Made by a program: the position numbers and the translations under genes. Positions 38,305 through 48,178 of a stretch of DNA of 64,000 nucleotides are shown piece after piece; within the stretch, counting starts at the first letter, position 1, and every line of letters starts with the position of its first letter. The notes under the pieces were generated by a model. That model searched no databases. It was not told the DNA's origin and saw only the letters and a program-made list of their open reading frames with translations. This DNA is from Armatimonadota bacterium (GTDB lineage: Bacteria; Armatimonadota; SYMT01): contig JAWLHY010000008.1 in NCBI GenBank assembly GCA_041690135.1, positions 160,001 through 224,000 on the forward strand, read 5' to 3'.

Positions 38305-39021
38305 CTATTCACCCAGCATCCACTCTATGGCTTCCTGCGCAATATCGTGCGGTACGGTGTGCGGACCCTGGAATTCGTGGTAATGCACGTCGTATCCCGC
38401 TTCTTCCAGCCGCGGGACGAGACGACGACTGCAATGATCGATCGCCAGGACCCGGTCCGCCGTGCCATGGGAGATGTAGATGCGCGGAGCACCCTGCTGC
38501 CGCGACGGCGCCATGAAACCGGGTGAGAAGGCGATGACGTGCGTGAACAGGTCTCCGTTGGCAACGCCCAGGGAGAGCGCGTAAGAAGCGCCGTCCGAGA
38601 ATCCACCCACGGCGATCGTGTCGGGATCGATGTTGTAGTGCTCGAACACCTCGTCGAGTGCCGAGTCGATGAACTTGACGTCCGGCCCGTATCCGTCCAG
38701 GATCCTATCCCAGGTGCGGCCGCGGGAGTCGACGGCAAGAAGCAGCAGGTCCCACTGGTCCGCCAGGTTGCGCAACAGGTCGAGACCGTGGATTGCGTGA
38801 CCTCCCGCGCCATGGAGCAGGAGTGCCATCGGCACCGGACAATCGCCGCGATAGCCGGCAGGCACGTATACCAGCCCGTCTCGCTTCCCACCGAGCCCCA
38901 GTCTCTGCACGCCTCGGCGCATGTTAAGATCGGCTCTACGGCCGGTGCGATCCGGTCTTGTCTCCAGGAATCCCTGGGCCGCCGCCGAACCGCCGGTCGG
39001 GCGTGTTTTCAGGTCTTGCAT
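38305..39021 (-). CDS. Phospholipase/carboxylesterase (alpha/beta hydrolase)
   Basis: LHGAGG, GFSDGASYAL, AFSPGF, SHGTADRVL and EFQGPH. Confidence 0.9.
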   Translation of the reverse strand: MQDLKTRPTGGSAAAQGFLETRPDRTGRRADLNMRRGVQRLGLGGKRDGLVYVPAGYRGDCPVPMALLLHGAGGHAIHGLDLLRNLADQWDLLLLAVDSRGRTWDRILDGYGPDVKFIDSALDEVFEHYNIDPDTIAVGGFSDGASYALSLGVANGDLFTHVIAFSPGFMAPSRQQGAPRIYISHGTADRVLAIDHCSRRLVPRLEEAGYDVHYHEFQGPHTVPHDIAQEAIEWMLGE

Positions 39022-39268
39022 TCCCTTGTCCTCCCCTGGTCTGCGAGCCTCTTACCCGAAAGACGCGCCGTTTATCCCTGTCGCGTCCGCGCCTGGACCT
39101 TTCGGGTACCGAGATGGATTTCCGAGCGCTTTTCGCGGAACCTGTGCGGAAACATCCCGGCGGCATCCTGATGGGTTAGCCCAGTGCCGAATGGGGTAAG
39201 GGCAATACGACCGCGGCCCGCGGGCCCTAGTAGGACGACGGAAGGGCCAGAGAAGGGGAGGACAGGAA

Positions 39269-39484
39269 GTGCCGGATCAGAAGTATTGCGAAGCCTGCGA
39301 TGCGCCGTTCGACTGGAAAGGTCTGAACATCGGTGGGACCGACTACTGCTGCGCGGAGTGCGCCAGTAGCAAGCCATGCGGGTGCCCCCAGCACGACCAC
39401 GGCATTCCCGTACCGGACGCGGATGCTCCGGAGCTTGTCGGTCTTCGCCCGGATGACCTGGAACCGGCCGGCGGCCGGAGTTGA
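39269..39484 (+). CDS. Metallothionein-like Cys/His-rich small protein
   Basis: GTG start after GGAGGA; KYCEACDAPFDWKGLNIGGTDYCCAECASSKPCGCPQHDH; followed by a terminator-like hairpin. Confidence 0.8.
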   Translation: MPDQKYCEACDAPFDWKGLNIGGTDYCCAECASSKPCGCPQHDHGIPVPDADAPELVGLRPDDLEPAGGRS

Positions 39485-39488
39485 GGGG

Positions 39489-39529
39489 AAGCCCCGGCTA
39501 CCGGCAGAACTGCCGGTAGCCGGGGCTTT
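39489..39529. terminator. Probable bidirectional terminator between the convergent metallothionein-like gene and purM
   Basis: 19-bp perfect inverted repeat AAGCCCCGGCTACCGGCAG-aa-CTGCCGGTAGCCGGGGCTT. Confidence 0.75.
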
Positions 39530-39541
39530 GGGATGAGATCC

Positions 39542-40720
39542 TTACTTCGGTTGGAACTCGACCGTCTCACCCTGGGTTTCGACGATCAGTTCCTTCCGCC
39601 CTTCGAGAGGCTCCACGCGTCCCACCACCTGGGCCTCGATCCCGAACGAGCGGGTGATCTCGATAATTCCCTGGGTAGCGGAGGGCTCGCATGCAAACTC
39701 CATCCGGTGCCCCATGTTGAATACGCGCAGCATCTCACGGAGAGGGCTGCCGGTGGTCTGCCGGAGGAACCGGAACAGGGGTGGCGCGGGGAACAGGTTG
39801 TCCTTCACGTACCGGACGTTGGACCCAAAGTTGAGGCACTTGGTCTGCCCGCCGCCGGTATTATGGAAGATCGCCGAAATCGCGCCCCGGAAGTTCTGGA
39901 GCACCTGGGCGACCACGGGGGCATAGGTACGGGTCGGTGAGAGGCAGGCCTCACCCACGGTGAAAGATGTATCGGGCAGCGGGTCGTCAATATCGAACGC
40001 CCCGGTGTAAGCCATCTCGTAGATTTCCGGGGCAAAGCTCTCCGGATACTCGTCCCGGTAGCGCGGAGCGAGCAGTCCGTGGCGCAGCGCCGTGAACCCG
40101 TTCGTCCCGATCCCCGAGTTCGGCTTCGTCTCGTAGGTCGCCTGCCCGAACGACGCGAGCCCGACCAGGTGATGGCCCGCCTTTACCTGGCTGGTGTTGA
40201 TGAAGGCGGCGCGCTCCATCCGGGTGGCCACGCTGGAATCCACGATAATCGTCCGGACCAGGTCGCCCACGTCCGCGGTTTCCCCTCCGCACGCGGTAAT
40301 GTGGAACCCAAACGGTTCGAGGCTGCGGCTCACCGCTTCGTAGCCGGTAATCACGGCCTCCACTACCTCACCGGGGATGAGCTTCGCGTTGCGGCCGATG
40401 GTGTTCGACAACACGTAAGGCCCCAGAGCGCCCACGCACAGCATGTCGTCCAGATTCATCACCAGGGAGTCCTGGGCGATGCCCTGGAAGATCGCCGGGT
40501 CCCGGTGCCGCTGGTAGTGAAGGTACGCCAGCGACGACTTGGTGCCCGCCCCGTCCGCGTGCAGCAGGACACAGTGATCCGGCGACCCGGTGAAGACATC
40601 GGGCACCGCCTTACAGAAGGCGCCGGGAAAGACCCCCGGGTCCAGGTGGCTCACGGCCCGGACGACGTCTTCTTTGTGTGCGGATACCCCCCGCTGTTCA
40701 TAGGAGATGCTGCTCGACAT
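39542..40720 (-). CDS. purM: Phosphoribosylformylglycinamidine cyclo-ligase (AIR synthase, Bacteroidota-like variant)
   Basis: YEQRGVSAHKEDV, FPGAFCK, HADGAGTKSSLAY, GGETADVGDLVRT, SPTRTYAP and FNMGHRME. Confidence 0.9.
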   Translation of the reverse strand: MSSSISYEQRGVSAHKEDVVRAVSHLDPGVFPGAFCKAVPDVFTGSPDHCVLLHADGAGTKSSLAYLHYQRHRDPAIFQGIAQDSLVMNLDDMLCVGALGPYVLSNTIGRNAKLIPGEVVEAVITGYEAVSRSLEPFGFHITACGGETADVGDLVRTIIVDSSVATRMERAAFINTSQVKAGHHLVGLASFGQATYETKPNSGIGTNGFTALRHGLLAPRYRDEYPESFAPEIYEMAYTGAFDIDDPLPDTSFTVGEACLSPTRTYAPVVAQVLQNFRGAISAIFHNTGGGQTKCLNFGSNVRYVKDNLFPAPPLFRFLRQTTGSPLREMLRVFNMGHRMEFACEPSATQGIIEITRSFGIEAQVVGRVEPLEGRKELIVETQGETVEFQPK

Positions 40721-40949
40721 AGTTCACCCTGAAAGCCACCGAATGGCACGACCCACGGCCCCGTACGGGCCACATAGAGCCTATCCCAAACGTGGGTCTT
40801 TGGTCGAGGATCGATCCTTGGCAAATCTGTCTCGGCCCTGGTGGCCGGGTCCGATCAGCCCGCGGGGTGCGTGCATGTGGCATAACTTGTTGGGGATTAC
40901 ACCGGACTCCCTCTGAATTGCCGGATCACCCTGGTTGCCTTGCCTGCGA

Positions 40950-41429
40950 ATGACTCCCGCTATCACCGCCGCCCGACGCGCAAAGATCGACTTCACCGTT
41001 CATGAGTACCCGCACGACCCGGCTTCATCCTCGTTCGGAATGGAAGCGGCGGAGAAGTTGGGCGTTGAACCCCTCCGAATCTTCAAGACACTGGTTGTTG
41101 CCCTGGATAATGGCCAACTGGTGGTGGCGGCCCTACCGGTGGTGCATAGCCTGGACTTGAAAGCACTGGCGACCCACCTGCAATCCAAACGAGCGATCCT
41201 GGCGGATCCGGCGGAAGCGGAGCGCGCAACCGGGTACGTGGTCGGGGGAATCAGCCCGCTGGGCCAGAAGAAACGCCTCCCCATGGTGCTTGACCAGAGT
41301 GCCCTGGAGTGGGAACAGATTTACGTGAGTGCCGGCCGCCGCGGCCTGGAAATCTCGCTGATGCCGGAGGATCTGATCCGCCTTTGCGCCGCCACGGTGG
41401 CACCGATCTCCCGTCACTCCGGCACGTGA
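40950..41429 (+). CDS. ybaK: Cys-tRNA(Pro) deacylase
   Basis: MTPAI, IFKTLVV, TGYVVGGISPLGQKK and VSAGRRGLEI. Confidence 0.93.
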   Translation: MTPAITAARRAKIDFTVHEYPHDPASSSFGMEAAEKLGVEPLRIFKTLVVALDNGQLVVAALPVVHSLDLKALATHLQSKRAILADPAEAERATGYVVGGISPLGQKKRLPMVLDQSALEWEQIYVSAGRRGLEISLMPEDLIRLCAATVAPISRHSGT

Positions 41430-41466
41430 ACTGCAGAGAGACTCGTGATCCGAGCGTGACGCTTCT

Positions 41467-42615
41467 TTACGCGAGCGCCTGCTCCAGATCGGCGAGTAAG
41501 TCCGTGATGGACTCCAACCCCACGTGGAGCCGGATGCCCCAACGCGGCGGCTCTCCACTGCGGATATTGAGATCCACCGGAATCGCCAGGCTCTCGAAGC
41601 CGCCCCAGCTCACGCCGATCCCGAAATACTGGAGTTGATTAACGACGCGGTAGACTGCTTCCCGGTCGGGTTCCAGCAGTTCGAAGCTGAACAGCCCGCT
41701 GTACCCCCGCATCTGGCGCTTTCCCAGCTCCCACTGCGGATGGGAAGGGAGACCGGGATGATGGACCCGCGCGACTCGGGGGTGGGCTTCCAGGAACTGC
41801 GCTGCCTTCAGCCCGGTTTCCTGGTGTCGCTCCATGCGCAGCGGGAGTGTGCGCACCCCCCGGATGAGCAGCCACGCAGCGAACGGGTCCAGAATGCCGC
41901 CCAGGAGCTGCCCTTCCCACTCGCCAAGGGACCGCATGCGCTCGCGACTTCCGAGCACCACTCCGGCCACCAGGTCGCTGTGCCCGCCCAGGTACTTGGT
42001 GGCGGAATGCAGCACCAGGTCGATGCCAAGGGAGAGCGGGTTCTGGAAGTAGGGGGAAGCCCAGGAATTGTCGACCACCGTGGTGATTTGGCGCGCCTGC
42101 GCCAGTGCGGCGATTGCCGCCAGGTCCTGGAGCTGGAAGGTCAGGCTGGAAGGGCTTTCCAGGTAGAAGAGACGAGTTTCCGGACGCGCCGCCGCGGCGA
42201 ACTGGTCGGGATCGGTGCCCGGCACGTAGGAGACGGAGATCCCGAACCGGGGGAGGTACTCGCTCAACAGCTTGCGCGTGGGACCGTAGGCGGTCTCCAC
42301 CGCCACGATGTGGTCCCCGGAGCGCACGGCGTGAAGCACGGCCGCTGATACGGCCGCCATGCCGGAGGCGAAACAACGCGCGCCCTCCGCCCCTTCCAGC
42401 GCCGCCAGCTTCGCCTCCAGCACGTCGGTAGTGGGATTGGCGACTCGGGTATAGTCGTACGTCTCCGGCTGGCGTCCTTGCCGCTCTGCGAACGCCTCCG
42501 CATCGGGGAGGGTGAACAGTGAGTTCTGGAAGAGGGGAGGGGTCGGCGCGCCCAGAAAACGGGCCGGATCGTCTCCCGCATGCGCACACAGGGTCTCGAA
42601 TCCTGGATCCTTCAC
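41467..42615 (-). CDS. PLP-dependent trans-sulfuration enzyme (cystathionine gamma-synthase/beta-lyase family)
   Basis: YTRVANPT, FASGMAAV, LESPSS, VDNSWASP, HSATKYLGGHSD and SWGGFESL. Confidence 0.92.
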   Translation of the reverse strand: MKDPGFETLCAHAGDDPARFLGAPTPPLFQNSLFTLPDAEAFAERQGRQPETYDYTRVANPTTDVLEAKLAALEGAEGARCFASGMAAVSAAVLHAVRSGDHIVAVETAYGPTRKLLSEYLPRFGISVSYVPGTDPDQFAAAARPETRLFYLESPSSLTFQLQDLAAIAALAQARQITTVVDNSWASPYFQNPLSLGIDLVLHSATKYLGGHSDLVAGVVLGSRERMRSLGEWEGQLLGGILDPFAAWLLIRGVRTLPLRMERHQETGLKAAQFLEAHPRVARVHHPGLPSHPQWELGKRQMRGYSGLFSFELLEPDREAVYRVVNQLQYFGIGVSWGGFESLAIPVDLNIRSGEPPRWGIRLHVGLESITDLLADLEQALA

Positions 42616-42623
42616 GGATTCTC

Positions 42624-44015
42624 CTAAACGGATGCGCCGGTAAAGAGGGGTTGGATCAACTCACCGTCGTTCAAGCGCAGTGGACGGTTCTCTCGATCCA
42701 TGAACTCGGCTCCAGGATCGATACCCAGAAGCTGGTAGACGGTCGCCCCCAGATCGTCTGGTGAGTACCCGTGTGTGGTCGGGAACCCGCCCTGCGCGTC
42801 CGAGGCACCGATTACCTGACCACCTCGCACTCCCGCGCCGGAGAAAACGGCGGAGAAGACCTGCGCCCAGTGGTCACGACCTGGGGAGGTGGAACCCGGG
42901 AGGGTGGAAATGCGCGGGGTCCGGCCGAACTCTCCCACGACTACCACCAGTGTCTCATCGGCGAGGCCACGCTCCTTCAAATCATCCAGCAGCGCGCCCA
43001 CTCCCCGGTCCAGCGGTGGGAGCAGGGCATCTTTCAGGCGACTCCAGTTGTCGCCGTGCGTGTCCCAGGTCTGGACAATCCCCATGTTGGCCTGCACGAT
43101 TGGAACGCCCGCTTCGACGAGGCGCCGGGCGAGCAGTAGGGATTGGCCGAACATATGCCGGCCATACCGGTCGCGGGTCTCGTCCGTTTCCTTATCAATG
43201 CGGAAAGCGTCCGCGAAGCCGCCCGAGGTCAACAGGGTGAAGGCGGTTTTCTGCTGCTCGGAGAGGTTCTCCGTTTCGGCAAGGCGCCCAAGGCGGTCCT
43301 GATGCCGGTTCACCCGTTCCAACAACGACCGTCGAGCCTGAAGGCGTTCCACGGCGAACCCGTTCGGGAGCGACAGGTTCTCAACCCGGAACTCCTTCTT
43401 GTTCGGATCGTCGGTGATCTGCCAGGGGTCGTACTTCGGGCCGAGGCACCCCGCGTACTGTCCCGGCCAGAGGAGCGCGCCCTCCTGGAGATAGGTCGGC
43501 AGATGGACTCCCGACGGAATTCCCGCACCACTGGGCCGGAAGTAGTTCAGGGCGGAGGCGTACGAAGGCCAATCGCCGCGGCTCCGAATCTTGTCTACGC
43601 CCAGGTCGCGCGGAATTCCGGGAATGGGGTGCCCCGTGAGCATCCAGTGCGTGGCCGGGAGGTGGCCGTTGTTCGCATGGGTCATCGAACGCACGATAGC
43701 CAGACGGTCCATCCGGCGGGCGAAGCCGGGGAGGTGCTCGCAAATCTGGATTCCCGGAACGGCAGTGGGGATCGGTTTGAACTCCCCGCGAATTTCAGCG
43801 GGCGCGTCGGGTTTGGGATCGAAGGTATCGAGATGGCTGGGACCGCCGGTGAGAAACACCAGGATCATGGCGCGAGCCCGCGGGGGTTTTGCTGGGGCCG
43901 CCGCTTGCGACATGGAGGCGACGCCCAGCCCCAGAAGGCCCGAATACCCCACTTGCAGCAACTCTCTGCGAGTGATGCCAACGGTGTGTCGATGCTGTCG
44001 CGGCGTTGTGTTCAT
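42624..44015 (-). CDS. DUF1501 family protein
   Basis: TRRELL leader; GGPSHLDTFDPKP, LARRLVEAGV, WDTH and GEFGRTP...GRDHW. Confidence 0.93.
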   Translation of the reverse strand: MNTTPRQHRHTVGITRRELLQVGYSGLLGLGVASMSQAAAPAKPPRARAMILVFLTGGPSHLDTFDPKPDAPAEIRGEFKPIPTAVPGIQICEHLPGFARRMDRLAIVRSMTHANNGHLPATHWMLTGHPIPGIPRDLGVDKIRSRGDWPSYASALNYFRPSGAGIPSGVHLPTYLQEGALLWPGQYAGCLGPKYDPWQITDDPNKKEFRVENLSLPNGFAVERLQARRSLLERVNRHQDRLGRLAETENLSEQQKTAFTLLTSGGFADAFRIDKETDETRDRYGRHMFGQSLLLARRLVEAGVPIVQANMGIVQTWDTHGDNWSRLKDALLPPLDRGVGALLDDLKERGLADETLVVVVGEFGRTPRISTLPGSTSPGRDHWAQVFSAVFSGAGVRGGQVIGASDAQGGFPTTHGYSPDDLGATVYQLLGIDPGAEFMDRENRPLRLNDGELIQPLFTGASV

Positions 44016-44273
44016 GCCCGGGGTTTCTCAAGTGCTTTCGGCCTGCGACGCGCTTCCCCAACTGCGGGGAGTTCCGTGACCGGTCACCGGAGAAGTGCGA
44101 CCCCAGGGGGAACCCGGAGTTACAGTGGCTTGCTCGAGTGCCTTATTGGAGATCCGTTGCGAGCCTGGTTTTCCCGTCCGAACACAATCGCGTAGGGTGG
44201 CTCCGGGAGTGGCGAATGGCCAAGTCAGAGCCGGGAGGGTGCCCTCCGGCGGTCCCAACAATACTTGGTCCAG

Positions 44274-44624
44274 TTACGCGGCCTTGCGGGATCGATCCTC
44301 ACTGCCTTCGCCCAGCCCCGTAGTGTGACCGGTCGTCCCACCCGTCCGGCCACCGTCGCTGGTCCCTTCCGTGGTCTCCTTGGCGGTGGTACCCGTGCCG
44401 GTAAGTGCCTGGTCGGAGGGGCGGTCGCGCTTCGCCTGCTCCTGCTGAATCCCTTCTTCACGCCCACCTTCGGGCGATGCCTCCGCGCTTCCCCCAGCTA
44501 CGCCCACGCCTCCGGTACCGCCAGGAACGGCGCTCATGCTGGTTGTGATTCCGACCGAGTTCCGGGCATCCCGTTGGTCTTGCTTGCCCTGTTCGTGGTC
44601 CTGTTCGCGGTTACGGTCCGCCAT
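44274..44624 (-). CDS. Hypothetical hydrophilic low-complexity (Gly/Thr/Glu) protein
   Basis: ATG preceded by AGGAAAGGA; fills an intergenic gap; a hairpin follows. Confidence 0.55.
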   Translation of the reverse strand: MADRNREQDHEQGKQDQRDARNSVGITTSMSAVPGGTGGVGVAGGSAEASPEGGREEGIQQEQAKRDRPSDQALTGTGTTAKETTEGTSDGGRTGGTTGHTTGLGEGSEDRSRKAA

Positions 44625-44843
44625 GGTGCTTCATCCTTTCCTTCGCCTCGGACATGGGGAGGTATTACCGACCCCAGGGTCCCCATCATTCCCTCTTCCC
44701 CATGCATGGCGTGGCGGGAAACAGTTGGGATCGCTGCGTTTCCGGGGGTGTGCCCGGAAAGGAGCGAAGGACGGCGACCGGCGCACGGAGTGTCGTTCGG
44801 GAATAGGCCGACGCTCGCTTCTATTCGCACCAGAAACAGAAGC

Positions 44844-44881
44844 GGGCGGAAGCAACCATGCGCTCACGGTTGCTTCCGCCC
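44844..44881 (-). terminator. Intrinsic terminator after the pentapeptide-repeat gene
   Basis: 14-bp stem GGGCGGAAGCAACC/GGTTGCTTCCGCCC followed on the minus strand by U-rich GCUUCUGUUUCU. Confidence 0.7.
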
Positions 44882-44908
44882 TGAATGCGTTGAATGTTCC
44901 TGTCCGCT

Positions 44909-45490
44909 TTACGCCTGCCGCTGCGCGCCACCTTGCCGTGGGTCGTAGCCGGACGGCCAGAGCGTCTGACTGTCGTAGATCGCGTGGTTCAAATCCGCGC
45001 GGTTTAAGCGTGCTTCGCGGAGGTCGGCACCCCGCAGATCGGCGCCCCGAAGGTTGACTCCTCTAAGATCGGCCCCCCGGAGATCGGCGCCAGTAAGGTC
45101 GGCCAACCGCAAATCTGCCTGCTGGAGATCCGCGCCCCGCATGGCGGCATAGGGGAGGTCCGCACCCGACAGCGCCGCGCCGGTGAGAGAGGCTCCAGCC
45201 AGCGTTGCGCTTTCCACCACATGCAGCAGGGCGCCGGTTCGGCGGTGGGCGATCTGGACGCGCGGCCCCGTGGGCTCCTCGGTGGTTTCCGGAGCGGCGG
45301 TCTCCGCGGCAACCGCCGCTTTGGTCTTGCGGGCAGTCGTCTTCGGCTTAGACCAGGTCTTGAACCGGCGCGAGGCCTGACACTCTTCACAGACATCCAC
45401 CCAGTTATGGAAGCCATTCCAGGTGGCGGGTGTCACCTGGCAAAGGGTGGCCCCTTCCTTCTCCTCGCCACACATCGCGCACGTCTTCAC
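44909..45490 (-). CDS. Pentapeptide-repeat protein with an N-terminal CxxC...CxxC zinc finger
   Basis: GTG start with GAAGGAG RBS; CAMCG...CEEC; (ADLRG)n; YDSQTLWPSGYDP cap. Confidence 0.85.
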   Translation of the reverse strand: MKTCAMCGEEKEGATLCQVTPATWNGFHNWVDVCEECQASRRFKTWSKPKTTARKTKAAVAAETAAPETTEEPTGPRVQIAHRRTGALLHVVESATLAGASLTGAALSGADLPYAAMRGADLQQADLRLADLTGADLRGADLRGVNLRGADLRGADLREARLNRADLNHAIYDSQTLWPSGYDPRQGGAQRQA

Positions 45491-45750
45491 CGGATCTCTC
45501 CTTCCCACTGTCGATGAGAGCGCAGCCGGCACTCCCCGACCGCGTTCTGGCCCACGTCCTCGCCTGGCCTCGCTTCCAACCCTACTAAGACGCATCGCCC
45601 CAGTAAGGCCTGTAAGGCACTACCGGGGCGAGCAAAGCTTTGCCGATATCTCGAATGCGTTACGAGGCGCAGATCTAGGATTAGCCTAATAAGTCTATCG
45701 ATTTTCCCGCGCGCTGGCACACCGGCATCGCTGAATCCGGAGTGGATGGA

Positions 45751-46743
45751 CTAAAGACGCAGAGTCGCCAGGTAGACGCTCGTCTTTCCCTCGTGCGACG
45801 AGTAGTAACTGACCCAGAGACGCCCTTCGTGCCACACGAGGCCCGGATAGCTGGTGTCTCCGCCACTGGGCAAGGTGAGTGCCGGTTCCAGCCCGTCCGG
45901 GCTCATCCGGGCCACCATCATTTGCGCGCTCTTGCCGTACTTTCGCGTCCCCGCCCAGAGGGTGCCGTTCGGGAGCTCGATGAAGTTGGGACCGCCGAGG
46001 CGATGGTCGGTCTCGTGCCATGTCCACCGGGTGAACGGCGGTTTGGAGACCCCGATCCAGCCGCGCGTGCTCCCGCTTTCGCGCCGCACCAGGGCCACGA
46101 GCTCACCGTTCTTCAAGAACCGCAGTGTCGTCTCGTTGGGCCGGCCGGAGACTTCCATAGGGGAAACGAGATCCCATTTGAGCCCGTCGTCCGACCGGTA
46201 GAGCTTGAGTGACCACTCCGGAGCGCCATTGCCGGGAGCCCCGATATTGTAGGCGGCGCCGTAGGCCTTTCCCTGGTACCAGGTTACGCGCCAGAGCCAA
46301 TCGTGTTCGCCAAGCACCTTTTGCGGCGCGGTCCACTCCCGGCCGTCGGCGGAGAACATCACACGCGGCTGCCGGCCTTTGAGCTGCTTCGTCCCCAGGT
46401 AGACGGATCCACCGGCGACGATCATCAGCCGGTTGTCCGGGGTGACGGAGAACTTGGGGTCGCGGAGGTCGATATCCTTCTCGGCAATCAGCGCCGCCGA
46501 TTCCCAGGACTTTCCATCGGTGGAAGTCAGGACCCGGATTTTACCATCACCACCGACATGGTCGTCGGCTTCCCGGAAGGTGCACCACCAGCGGTCCCGG
46601 AAGCGGATCAGATCGGTGAAAGCATTGTGGGCGCCCGCATCCCAGACCTTGCGGACTTCCAGGACTTGCGGGCGGGGGCTCTCCGCCGCGGGGAGGGCCG
46701 CGGCGGCAAACAGCAGGAGGCTCGAGATCAACAGGGGCTTCAT
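45751..46743 (-). CDS. Secreted sialidase-like/BNR-repeat beta-propeller protein
   Basis: Signal peptide; HNAFTDLIRF, STDGKSW, DLRDPK, SADGREW, SDDGLKW and GDTSYPG. Confidence 0.85.
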   Translation of the reverse strand: MKPLLISSLLLFAAAALPAAESPRPQVLEVRKVWDAGAHNAFTDLIRFRDRWWCTFREADDHVGGDGKIRVLTSTDGKSWESAALIAEKDIDLRDPKFSVTPDNRLMIVAGGSVYLGTKQLKGRQPRVMFSADGREWTAPQKVLGEHDWLWRVTWYQGKAYGAAYNIGAPGNGAPEWSLKLYRSDDGLKWDLVSPMEVSGRPNETTLRFLKNGELVALVRRESGSTRGWIGVSKPPFTRWTWHETDHRLGGPNFIELPNGTLWAGTRKYGKSAQMMVARMSPDGLEPALTLPSGGDTSYPGLVWHEGRLWVSYYSSHEGKTSVYLATLRL

Positions 46744-46795
46744 ATCCCGGATATTCCGCACGCCTCTGTCCCACGCCTCCATGTCTTGACGACGG

Positions 46796-48178
46796 TCAGG
46801 AGATCAGGCCGCGAACCGGCGTCCCCTCCACCACCGGCAAGGGGCGATCCTCCAGGTCGTGGACCTCTGCCTGATGATTCACCCCGAGTTGATGATAGAG
46901 AGTGGCCAGCATATCTTCCGGCGAAATCGGGTTCTCGGTGACCTCGGAAGCAGTCGCGTCGGACGCCCCGTAGACCTGCCCGCGCGGGAAACCGCCGCCG
47001 GCCAGGACCAGGCTGTAACACTGGGCCCAGTGGTCGCGACCGCCCAGCTTGTTGAACTTGGGAGTGCGCCCGAACTCGCCCATCATGACCACGATGGTAT
47101 CGTCCAGCATTCCACGGTCGTGGAGGTCCTGAACGAGGGCGGCAAATGCCGCATCGGTGGGAGGGAGGAGCTCATCTTTCAACCATGGCAGGTGCTGGGG
47201 ATAACCTGGAGCCGCATGGGAATCGTACCCCTGGCCCCCCTTGCCGGTGTCGTGCCGGATGAAATTGACCTGTACCACGCGCGTGCCGGCTTCGACCAGG
47301 CGACGCGCCACGAGCGCGGACTGCCCGAAATGGTGTCGCCCGTACCAGTCGCGAACTTTCGCCGGCTCCTTCGAGAGATCGAACGCACTCTGCGCTCCCG
47401 CCGAACTCACCAGGTCGAGCGCTTTTTCCCGGAAACTACGATATTCCTGAACGCTCGGCAGGTCGCCCGGAAGAGCCCCGTGTTTCTCGGCGGCTTCCAG
47501 CAGGGCGCGCAACCGGGTCGCACGGGTGATCCGGCTACCTTCCGCTACTCCGACCGGTCCGGGATCATAGCCCGGCTCGTTCGGATCGCTATCGATCAGG
47601 TACGGATCGTGAGCGGCGCCGAGGAAGCCGGCGTGTTGACCGGGGCGCGGCGGACCCACCGGCGCAATCCATTCCGGAATCGTGACGAAGGCCGGGACCT
47701 GGTTACTGCCCAGGAAGTGGGAAACGACGCCGCCCATGTGGGGCCGGTCCGTCCGCCGCATTTCCGATTGGCGCACGTTCCGCGGCATTTGAAACCCGGT
47801 CATCACGTAATGGCAGCCCCGGAGGTGATCGTTCTCCTCGTGGCTCATGGAGCGCACGATGGTGCAGTGTTGCATCACCCGAGCCATGCGTGGCATATGC
47901 TCGCACACCTCGATGCCCGGCACGGTGGTCTTGATCGGGCGGAAGGTGCCGCGGATATCCTCGTTGGCCTCAGGCTTCATGTCCCACATGTCGAGCTGGG
48001 ATGGGCCTCCACTAAGGAAGAGGATGATCACCGACTTGGCGCGCGCGCGGCGAGGACTGCCGGCACGTTCCGCCGCCGCGGCAGCCTCGGCATGCAGCAA
48101 CTTCGGCAGGGACAGGCCAAAGGCGGCCGCTCCTACCTGCAGCAACTGACGACGATTGGGTCCGGGACAATTCTTCAT
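46796..48178 (-). CDS. DUF1501 family protein
   Basis: NRRQLL leader; GGPSQLDMWDMKP, ARRLVEAG and GEFGRTPKFN..GRDHW. Confidence 0.93.
   Translation of the reverse strand: MKNCPGPNRRQLLQVGAAAFGLSLPKLLHAEAAAAAERAGSPRRARAKSVIILFLSGGPSQLDMWDMKPEANEDIRGTFRPIKTTVPGIEVCEHMPRMARVMQHCTIVRSMSHEENDHLRGCHYVMTGFQMPRNVRQSEMRRTDRPHMGGVVSHFLGSNQVPAFVTIPEWIAPVGPPRPGQHAGFLGAAHDPYLIDSDPNEPGYDPGPVGVAEGSRITRATRLRALLEAAEKHGALPGDLPSVQEYRSFREKALDLVSSAGAQSAFDLSKEPAKVRDWYGRHHFGQSALVARRLVEAGTRVVQVNFIRHDTGKGGQGYDSHAAPGYPQHLPWLKDELLPPTDAAFAALVQDLHDRGMLDDTIVVMMGEFGRTPKFNKLGGRDHWAQCYSLVLAGGGFPRGQVYGASDATASEVTENPISPEDMLATLYHQLGVNHQAEVHDLEDRPLPVVEGTPVRGLIS

Noticed and set aside
40721-40949. Purine or ZTP riboswitch upstream of purM (also checked upstream of purB)
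   Set aside because: No recognisable consensus by eye.
45590-45660. c-di-GMP-I riboswitch suggested by GGCAAAG
   Set aside because: Lacks the GNRA tetraloop/receptor and second GCAAAG arrangement.
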